64,000 nucleotides of DNA from an uncultured virus (IMG/VR IMGVR_UViG_3300046004_000626) (Duplodnaviria > Heunggongvirae > Uroviricota > Caudoviricetes): IMG/VR virus record IMGVR_UViG_3300046004_000626. The stretch is one strand, 5' to 3'. This document shows positions 50,020 to 56,113 of the stretch, in pieces; within the stretch, counting starts at the first letter, position 1; the number at the start of each line of letters is the position of its first letter. The notes beneath the pieces are model-generated. The model saw nothing but the letters and a program-made list of their open reading frames with translations, was not told the DNA's origin and made no database searches. The position numbers were made by a program, and so were the translations under genes.

Positions 50020-50905
50020 ACATGCACTTAAGGTATTAAATCAACTTAGGGAGTATGATAGCTTTCTTGATAGTTTACATACGATTGTAGATATGGGCTG
50101 TGGAACAGGTGAAGACATCACTTGGTGGGCAACATTAGTATCACGCGACGATCCTCCTCGCCCTTATAATTATAATTGTTATGCAGTTGATCGTGATGCT
50201 GCTAAACTTGGTCAAATACCGTCGTTTGCTAATATTCGACCAATCAACAGAGATTTTACTGCACGATGTATTCCAGTACAAGCTGACCTAGTATGGTCGC
50301 ATGATAGTCTGCAATATAGTACTAATCCAATCGAAACATTACGAGTATGGAACGAACAGATGAATGTCAATGCTATGCTAGTATTGAGCATTCCGCAACA
50401 TAGCGGCGTAGCAGATAACAAATATTATAGTCGAACACACAGCGGGTGTTTTTATAACTTTACTCCAACTAGTTTAATTTATATGTTGGCAGTAAATGGA
50501 TTTGACTGCAAGGATGCTTACCTACTTAAATCATTTAATGACCCATGGATACACATAGCAGTATACAAATCAGACATTGCTCCTATGGATGCAACTAACA
50601 CAACGTGGTATGATCTAATTGATCTGGGTTTATTAAATCCGACTGTGGTCGATTCGATAACTCAATATGGGTATCTACGACAGGAAGATATATTATATCC
50701 GTGGCTAGATAAAGAAAATTATTTTATCGATTATGTAAGTCAATGGACTGAAATTCCAGAAGAAGCTACTCGCACATTTGATGGAGTTATTAATATATCT
50801 ACACCATCGGACAAGCAGACTATCAAGCAGGCAAACATAATTAAAAAAACTAAGATTACCAAGCCAGTTGGCATCTTGCGCCCACCTAAGAAAAAATATG
50901 ATTAA
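50012..50905 (+). CDS. class I SAM-dependent methyltransferase
   Basis: IVDMGCGTG and DLVWSHDSLQY motifs. Confidence 0.8.
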   Translation: MARHALKVLNQLREYDSFLDSLHTIVDMGCGTGEDITWWATLVSRDDPPRPYNYNCYAVDRDAAKLGQIPSFANIRPINRDFTARCIPVQADLVWSHDSLQYSTNPIETLRVWNEQMNVNAMLVLSIPQHSGVADNKYYSRTHSGCFYNFTPTSLIYMLAVNGFDCKDAYLLKSFNDPWIHIAVYKSDIAPMDATNTTWYDLIDLGLLNPTVVDSITQYGYLRQEDILYPWLDKENYFIDYVSQWTEIPEEATRTFDGVINISTPSDKQTIKQANIIKKTKITKPVGILRPPKKKYD

Positions 50906-51662
50906 TCGAGTTGTACTTGTAACTGGTGGATTTGACTGCTTGCATAGCGGACATATAGAATATTTCAAAGCAGCTAAAGCATTAGGTAATATACTAGTCG
51001 TTGGCGTAAACAGTGATGCCTGGGTAGCTCGAAAGAAAGGCCGTGCATTTATGCCTAGTATCGAGCGGATTGCTATTATCGAAAACTTAAAAATGGTTGA
51101 TCATTGTATATTGTTTGATGATAATGACGGCACGGCTATTGAAGCAATTAATAATGTTAAACTAATGTATCCAAACAGCCATATAGTATTTGCCAATGGC
51201 GGCGATAGAACCCAAGACAATATTCCTGAGATGAAGTGCAAGGATGTAGAATTTGTATTTGGTGTCGGCGGCATGGAAAAGCGTAATAGTAGCAGTTGGA
51301 TATTAGATGAATGGAAAGCGCCTAAAACTGAGCGAGAATGGGGTTATTATCGTGTATTACATGACGTTTTGGGCTTAAAAGTCAAAGAATTAACCATTAA
51401 TCCCGGTAAGCACCTAAGTATGCAGAAACATTATAATAGATCTGAATTATGGTTTGTTGCAGACGGCCAAGCAACCGTAGGCGAATATAGTCGTGTTTAC
51501 CCAACTACTATTCAAACACCGCATCTAAATAAACATTCAACTCATCGCATACCGGAAGAACAGTGGCATCAATTGGCTAACCCTTACAACAAACCCTGTC
51601 GTATAATTGAAATACAATACGGTGACTTCTGCGTCGAAGATGACATCGAGCGTAAAGAATAA
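50898..51662 (+). CDS. cytidylyltransferase-like domain fused to a mannose-6-P isomerase type II-like cupin
   Basis: GGFDCLHSGH, VGVNSD, FANGGDR; then REWGYY...LSMQKH...RSELW...IEIQYG...EDDIER. Confidence 0.9.
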   Translation: MINRVVLVTGGFDCLHSGHIEYFKAAKALGNILVVGVNSDAWVARKKGRAFMPSIERIAIIENLKMVDHCILFDDNDGTAIEAINNVKLMYPNSHIVFANGGDRTQDNIPEMKCKDVEFVFGVGGMEKRNSSSWILDEWKAPKTEREWGYYRVLHDVLGLKVKELTINPGKHLSMQKHYNRSELWFVADGQATVGEYSRVYPTTIQTPHLNKHSTHRIPEEQWHQLANPYNKPCRIIEIQYGDFCVEDDIERKE

Positions 51663-51672
51663 TAAATACAAT

Positions 51673-53091
51673 ATGCGCGAATTTATTAACCTTATTGACA
51701 ATCTTTTTGAAGTAACTATATCTAAATACGGCCCCGGTGAACAGTTTCTCATTAGTGATAGTATACACGGACAAAAATTTTCTGCGGAATTATCTCGACA
51801 GGGAATTGACACCGGTGGTTATATTGAATTGATTGATCCCGCTACAGTATCCGAGTTTGATGCTACACTACAACTTGGTCGAGGGCAGGATCAATATGCT
51901 TTTAAAAATGACAAGGGCCAAACATGGCTAGTAGTTGGTAGCAATTCGGCTATTCAAAATCCTTTAGTACATTATACAGCTTCAGGCGCCGAAAAACCTA
52001 AAGTAGCCAATAAAGGTGAAATTGCCGAGGGCATCCTGGGCGCCGCTATGTTTGCTAAATTTACCAAACGTCGAGGTAATGAAAACATAGCAACAGTTAC
52101 ACCTGATGATATTGCAAGTATTTTAAGTCAATTAAAACTGACCGGAGAAGATACATATCAAGTTACTGTAAATGATGCAAATAGTCAAATTTCAGATACT
52201 ATTTCTTTTATACTTAAATTAAAAACTGGTCCGTATAAAGATCTAATGGATCCTGCAAAACGCAGTTTGGTTACTAGCGAGTTTTTAAGTGCAGCTGCGT
52301 ATGTTAACAGTCCAATGGCTGAACGCTATAGTAAATATTTTTATCTAAACGGCAAAGCAGATGAAATTAATATAGTAGCAGATGGCGCCGCCAGTGAAAC
52401 TGATAAAAAAACAGATGTATGGGTTGGAGTGAAAGAAACCAGCGGGCAAATGCGCTATTTAAGACTTAACACTAGTCTTAAAATTGGTGGAATTAAACAA
52501 TTTGGCCAAGTAGGCGGCGCTGATATGACGTCGATGATTAAATTATGGAATTACTTTGGTATCGACGTTAGTAAATATACTCAACAATTTAATACTTTAA
52601 ATAGAGAGAACCAATTTGAAGCGTTGGCCTACATTTATAAGTTAGTAACAGAAGAATTAGCTAGAAATTTAATGGGTGATAATGATACCAAAGAAGCACA
52701 ATTTGTTGATATCTTAGCACATGCTATTACTCATTTTGCTACATTAGGCGATCCTAGTGTAGAACTAGTCGACTTTAACAAAGGCGGTTTTAAAATTTTA
52801 CGATTTAAAAATCTTAGAGATAAATTAAGCAAAGTTAACTTAACAGCTACATATCTTGGCGGTAAAGCCAGACCAGAGATTATTATACACGACGTTACTA
52901 ATCCTAAACGTATATTATTGCATATACGAGTTAAGATTGAAACTTTAAAATCGGGGAATATCTATATAAGAAGCGTTATTGAAAAAGGTAAATTGCTTGA
53001 AGAAATAACTATGGTACAGCAACGTGCCTGGGATGATCAAAGCAGAGATCTAAGAAGTACTTCTATAAAAGTTCCCAGACAAAAACGTTGA
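51673..53091 (+). CDS. hypothetical late protein, possible PD-(D/E)xK fold
   Basis: TAAATA 4 nt before the ATG; NKGEIAE...KTDV...SLK. Confidence 0.5.
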   Translation: MREFINLIDNLFEVTISKYGPGEQFLISDSIHGQKFSAELSRQGIDTGGYIELIDPATVSEFDATLQLGRGQDQYAFKNDKGQTWLVVGSNSAIQNPLVHYTASGAEKPKVANKGEIAEGILGAAMFAKFTKRRGNENIATVTPDDIASILSQLKLTGEDTYQVTVNDANSQISDTISFILKLKTGPYKDLMDPAKRSLVTSEFLSAAAYVNSPMAERYSKYFYLNGKADEINIVADGAASETDKKTDVWVGVKETSGQMRYLRLNTSLKIGGIKQFGQVGGADMTSMIKLWNYFGIDVSKYTQQFNTLNRENQFEALAYIYKLVTEELARNLMGDNDTKEAQFVDILAHAITHFATLGDPSVELVDFNKGGFKILRFKNLRDKLSKVNLTATYLGGKARPEIIIHDVTNPKRILLHIRVKIETLKSGNIYIRSVIEKGKLLEEITMVQQRAWDDQSRDLRSTSIKVPRQKR

Positions 53092-53116
53092 CATCTAAGT
53101 AATCCTATGTTATAAT
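53088..53116 (+). promoter_or_regulatory. sigma70-type early promoter
   Basis: TTGACA-17-TATAAT with extended TG. Confidence 0.85.
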
Positions 53117-53147
53117 AGTATTTTAAATAATAACTTAGGTACATACT

Positions 53148-53417
53148 ATGTCAAAAAAGATAGCGTCAGTTGAAAAATACAACATTGATAACTGTGATGC
53201 CGTATTTGGTGGCAACCGATTCCAATTAATTTTAGCCGCAGGTGTACGTGGGCACGAAATTGCAAAGACTCGTGTTATTGCTGCACGCAATGCAGGATCA
53301 ACTACAGCGCAACCTAAATATGAAAATCTTCCTACTGTGCAGGCACTACTAGATGTTGAAGCAGGCACCTGTGGTGTAGAATATTTAACTAAAGTTGGCA
53401 AGCAAATAAGACAATAA
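53148..53417 (+). CDS. rpoZ: RNA polymerase omega subunit-like protein
   Basis: GNRFQLILAAGVRGHEI...PTVQALLDVEAG aligns with the omega consensus GNRFDLVLVAARRARQ...KxTVxALREIxxG. Confidence 0.75.
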   Translation: MSKKIASVEKYNIDNCDAVFGGNRFQLILAAGVRGHEIAKTRVIAARNAGSTTAQPKYENLPTVQALLDVEAGTCGVEYLTKVGKQIRQ

Positions 53418-53424
53418 TTTATCT

Positions 53425-53501
53425 GGGCCTTTAGCTCAGTTGGTTAGAGCGTCCGACTCATAATCGGAATGTCACTGGTTCAAGTCCAGTAAGGCCCACC
53501 A
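53425..53501 (+). tRNA. tRNA-Ile2(CAT)
   Basis: Cloverleaf, CAT anticodon, ileX-like acceptor and T arms, CCA. Confidence 0.85.
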
Positions 53502-53507
53502 AACACT

Positions 53508-53582
53508 CCGGTGTTAGTTAAATGGATATAACAGGGGATTTCTACTCCCTAGTTGGGGGTTCGATTCCCTCACGCCGGACCA
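53508..53582 (+). tRNA. tRNA-Arg(TCT)
   Basis: Anticodon arm GGGGA-TTTCTAC-TCCCT, CCA. Confidence 0.9.
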
Positions 53583-53605
53583 GTAATATAACATAAGGAA
53601 ATAAG

Positions 53606-53803
53606 ATGTCAGATTTGAATGAATACGATTACGAACAAGCAATGGCAGAGTTTTTAGCCAATGGCGGACAGATACAACAAATTGCCCGTGGTGTACAAAG
53701 TGAAACAGCAACAACTAACTTCTGGGGCGCACCGAAGAAGAAAGCCGCAGTAGAAGCAGTAACTGAACTTGGTACTGCTGGAATTGACGTAATTGACGAT
53801 TAA
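53606..53803 (+). CDS. small hypothetical protein
   Basis: 65 aa, TAAGGA RBS; EFLANGGQIQQI motif. Confidence 0.7.
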   Translation: MSDLNEYDYEQAMAEFLANGGQIQQIARGVQSETATTNFWGAPKKKAAVEAVTELGTAGIDVIDD

Positions 53804-53856
53804 CTTGGTATTTTATACCGTATTAAAAATAAAAGATAAATAAATTAACAAAGAGG

Positions 53857-53885
53857 TTGACAGTCTGATAAATAGACTGTATACT
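53857..53885 (+). promoter_or_regulatory. sigma70-type promoter with palindromic spacer containing TAAATA
   Basis: TTGACA-17-TATACT; ACAGTCT-GATAAAT-AGACTGT inverted repeat. Confidence 0.85.
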
Positions 53886-53928
53886 AGTTGTTATAGTAAC
53901 AAATTAATTAAAGGAATGCGAAAGCAAA

Positions 53929-54060
53929 ATGTTTAACCAGCTACATCAATTTACAATATCGAAACAAGTGTCAGCACTTGCCACGATGTCTTATTGGTCA
54001 GCGATTGAGACATTAGGCAATGATCGCACACCGAATAGTATCTATGGGGATCTTAGTTAA
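53929..54060 (+). CDS. putative attenuator leader peptide (43 aa)
   Basis: MFNQLHQFTISKQVSALATMSYWSAIETLGNDRTPNSIYGDLS*; AAGGA at 53911-53915; lies between promoter and terminator. Confidence 0.7.
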   Translation: MFNQLHQFTISKQVSALATMSYWSAIETLGNDRTPNSIYGDLS

Positions 54061-54101
54061 CGTTTATATATAATATAAGTGAATTTTAATTAAGAACCCT
54101 A
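54045..54101 (+). promoter_or_regulatory. antiterminator hairpin
   Basis: TGGGGATCTTAGTTAA (54045-54060) pairs with TTAATTAAGAACCCTA (54086-54101): one mismatch, two G-U pairs. Confidence 0.75.
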
Positions 54102-54133
54102 GAGCAGAAATGTTACTAGGGTTTTTTGTTTTT
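54093..54133 (+). terminator. intrinsic terminator (attenuator)
   Basis: AACCCTAG-AGCA-GAAA-TGTT-A-CTAGGGTT followed by TTTTGTTTTT. Confidence 0.9.
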
Positions 54134-54146
54134 AAGAAGACGAAAA

Positions 54147-54275
54147 ATGGATAAAAAAGAAATTGTTCAAAAGCCGACTCCAGAACAAAGGATAGTGGTA
54201 CTAGAACAAAAATTAGAAAGAGTAACAAAACTATTAACAGAAAATGCTAATCTTTTGAAAAAACTTTCTAAGTAG
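54147..54275 (+). CDS. small coiled-coil protein (42 aa)
   Basis: MDKKEIVQKPTPEQRIVVLEQKLERVTKLLTENANLLKKLSK*; weak RBS. Confidence 0.5.
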   Translation: MDKKEIVQKPTPEQRIVVLEQKLERVTKLLTENANLLKKLSK

Positions 54276-54282
54276 TAGCAGT

Positions 54283-54378
54283 ACGTGTTACGCGAAACGA
54301 GATCGCAGCCTGCACGTTAACTAGGCAAATGGGCGGACTAGAGGATGGCATGTTCTTATGTGAACAGAAAATTCTAGT
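54283..54378 (+). ncRNA. putative pseudoknotted structured RNA
   Basis: ACGTGT/GCACGT loop pairing; GCGA/TCGC, GCCT/AGGC, ACTAGAG/TTCTAGT and TGTTC/GAACA stems. Confidence 0.5.
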
Positions 54379-54461
54379 TATAATAAAGTACATTAATCGG
54401 CAACTAGGTCCCATGCAACGTGGACTATGTCTTAGGCGAGTAATTAGTGTGCTTTATTATA
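54379..54461 (+). ncRNA. putative structured RNA closed by a 19-bp stem
   Basis: TATAATAAAGTACATTAAT / ATTAGTGTGCTTTATTATA with two G-U pairs and a branched interior. Confidence 0.55.
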
Positions 54462-54484
54462 CGCATTCATATGAGTGCGGTTAA

Positions 54485-54562
54485 CTCTCGTTCGCCTAGT
54501 CTGGTATGGCACTTGCTTTGGGAGCAAGAAGAACGTAGGTTCGAATCCTACACGAGAGACCA
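54485..54562 (+). tRNA. tRNA-Pro(TGG)
   Basis: CTTGC-TTTGGGA-GCAAG, CCA. Confidence 0.9.
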
Positions 54563-54568
54563 ATTTAA

Positions 54569-54652
54569 GGGTGATGAGCAGCATTGGCGACTGCAGCAGA
54601 CTGTAAATCTGTGTCCACTGGAAACTAGGTTCGACTCCTAGATCACCCACCA
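54569..54652 (+). tRNA. tRNA-Tyr(GTA)
   Basis: GCAGA-CTGTAAA-TCTGT, long variable arm, CCA. Confidence 0.9.
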
Positions 54653-54657
54653 AGTTT

Positions 54658-54733
54658 GGGACGGTAGCTCATTTGGAAGAGCAAGATGCTTTTAACGTCG
54701 AGGTGGTGGGATCGTAGCCCACCCGTCCTACCA
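54658..54733 (+). tRNA. tRNA-Lys(TTT)
   Basis: GATG-CTTTTAA-CGTC; atypical T-loop ATCGTAG; CCA. Confidence 0.85.
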
Positions 54734-54735
54734 AT

Positions 54736-54810
54736 GTTGACTATAGTGTAGCGGCAACACTCAGGATTGTGATTCCTGCATTATGGGTTCGACCCCCATT
54801 AGTCAACCCA
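54736..54810 (+). tRNA. tRNA-His(GTG) copy 1
   Basis: CAGGA-TTGTGAT-TCCTG; encoded G-1:C73; CCA. Confidence 0.9.
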
Positions 54811-54821
54811 ACAAATTTTAA

Positions 54822-54896
54822 GGCCGATTCGTATAATGGTTATTACACGGGATTGTCCATCCTGCTACGAGAGTTCGATTCTCTCATCGGTCGCCA
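54822..54896 (+). tRNA. tRNA-Asp(GTC)
   Basis: CGGGA-TTGTCCA-TCCTG; G73; CCA. Confidence 0.9.
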
Positions 54897-54902
54897 AGTT
54901 AT

Positions 54903-54976
54903 TCCGGTGTAGTATAATGGCAGTGCGGCGGTCTCCAAAACCGTTAGTGGGGGTTCGATTCCCTCCACCGGAGCCA
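54903..54976 (+). tRNA. tRNA-Trp(CCA)
   Basis: GCGGT-CTCCAAA-ACCGT; CCA end. Confidence 0.9.
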
Positions 54977-54990
54977 GTTTCAAATAGTGG

Positions 54991-55019
54991 TTGACAGCAA
55001 ATATCAAAAATGCTACACT
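54991..55019 (+). promoter_or_regulatory. sigma70-type promoter inside the tRNA array
   Basis: TTGACA-17-TACACT with extended TG. Confidence 0.75.
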
Positions 55020-55044
55020 ATATAGATAGTAACAAATAAGTAAA

Positions 55045-55190
55045 TGGAAGAAAGCCGTAACAATATGTATTCGAGGTTAGGAGAGTACGGCAAACCGTCC
55101 AAGGGTAGCTGATGCCTGTGGTGAAACTCCACCGTTGAAATCAGTCATGATTCTGCACATGATAACAGGCCTGTACTGGCCGCAGAACTT
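55045..55190 (+). ncRNA. putative multi-stem structured RNA
   Basis: GCCGTA/TACGGC, GCTGAT/ATCAGT, GTGG-TGAAACT-CCAC and TTCTGC/GCAGAA stems. Confidence 0.4.
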
Positions 55191-55194
55191 TTAT

Positions 55195-55269
55195 CGCGGG
55201 GTGGGGAAGTGGCAACCCGTCGGGCTCATAACCCGAAGATCGGCAGTTCGAATCTGTCCTCCGCAACCA
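55195..55269 (+). tRNA. initiator tRNA-fMet(CAT)
   Basis: C1:A72 mismatch, GGG/CCC anticodon stem, CCA. Confidence 0.95.
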
Positions 55270-55285
55270 ATATAGGAGAAGTAAC

Positions 55286-55447
55286 ATGGCAGTGAAAAAA
55301 GCAAATCCAATGCAGACACGCACAGGTAAACCACGTTTAGGTCCATTAAACCTAACACAATTAAATACCATGTTAGAAAAGACTAGTAAGAAAAAGGATC
55401 AAGCAAAGATCCGTAGTCGTATTAGAATATTAGAAGCACGTAAGTAA
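55286..55447 (+). CDS. small highly basic protein (53 aa)
   Basis: AGGAGA RBS; MAVKKANPMQTRTGKPRLGPLNLTQLNTMLEKTSKKKDQAKIRSRIRILEARK*. Confidence 0.75.
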   Translation: MAVKKANPMQTRTGKPRLGPLNLTQLNTMLEKTSKKKDQAKIRSRIRILEARK

Positions 55448-55458
55448 AAGTTTTAACC

Positions 55459-55543
55459 GCCGGCTTGCGCAGAGTGGGATTGCACCTGACTTGTAATCAG
55501 GCTTCGTAAGATAGAGAGTGTTCGATTCACTCAGCCGGCACCA
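55459..55543 (+). tRNA. tRNA-Thr(TGT), atypical long variable region
   Basis: CCTGA-CTTGTAA-TCAGG; GCCGGCT/AGCCGGC acceptor; 85 nt; CCA. Confidence 0.8.
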
Positions 55544-55548
55544 GTAAT

Positions 55549-55623
55549 GCAGCTATCGTCTATCGGTTAGGACATCGGGTTTTCATCCCGGCAAGCGGGG
55601 TTCGATTCCCCGTAGCTGTACCA
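55549..55623 (+). tRNA. tRNA-Glu(TTC)
   Basis: TCGGG-TTTTCAT-CCCGG; CCA. Confidence 0.9.
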
Positions 55624-55630
55624 GTAATAT

Positions 55631-55715
55631 GCCTCTGTGGTGGAATTGGTATACACGCTGGTCTTAGAAGCCGGTGCTTAACAGCGTGAGAGTTCGAGTC
55701 TCTCCTAAGGCACCA
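55631..55715 (+). tRNA. tRNA-Leu(TAG)
   Basis: CTGGT-CTTAGAA-GCCGG; two acceptor-stem mismatches; CCA. Confidence 0.85.
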
Positions 55716-55722
55716 GTAATAT

Positions 55723-55807
55723 GCGAGTGTGGTGAAATTGGTATACACAAGGGACTTAAAATCCCTCGCCGCAGGGCATGTCGGTTCAAGTCCGACCATT
55801 CGCACCA
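55723..55807 (+). tRNA. tRNA-Leu(TAA)
   Basis: AGGGA-CTTAAAA-TCCCT; CCA. Confidence 0.9.
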
Positions 55808-55811
55808 ACAT

Positions 55812-55885
55812 GCGGGATTAGTTTAATGGCAAAACTGGAGTTTTCCAAACTTCTGTCATCAGTTCGATTCTGATATCCCGCTCCA
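55812..55885 (+). tRNA. tRNA-Gly(TCC)
   Basis: GGAGT-TTTCCAA-ACTTC; U73; CCA. Confidence 0.9.
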
Positions 55886-55898
55886 AACACTAGCTTTA

Positions 55899-56093
55899 CA
55901 CTTTGCGCTTTATCGAAAGTGGGTAATTGGCAATACCATAGCGCCAAGGCACACACGATGGTCTAGACCATGCCACAAGTCCCATTGCCGGGAGCCTTGA
56001 AAGTATCGTGGGTTATTTGTTGTTATATCCAAAAGATAACAGCTGGACAGGGTAACTACTCAGTTCTGGGCTAGGTGGTGCTAGTAGCAGAAC
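55899..56093 (+). ncRNA. putative double-pseudoknot structured RNA
   Basis: CACTTT/AAAGTG stem whose loop GCGCT pairs with AGCGC; TGTTAT/ATAACA stem whose loop TCCA pairs with TGGA; GTTCTG/CAGAAC stem. Confidence 0.5.
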
Positions 56094-56113
56094 ACTTACA
56101 CTAAGACTATTAT

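Noticed and set aside
53508..53582. Possible amber suppressor (CTA within the anticodon loop) and TAG recoding
   Set aside because: The stem places TCT at the anticodon; many core genes end in TAG and all ORFs are intact under the standard code
55899..56093. tmRNA, RNase P RNA or theta (HDV-like) ribozyme
   Set aside because: No tRNA-Ala-like ends or tag frame, no GAGGAAAGUCC signature, and not abutting the tRNA 3' end with an HDV nested fold; kept as unknown RNA
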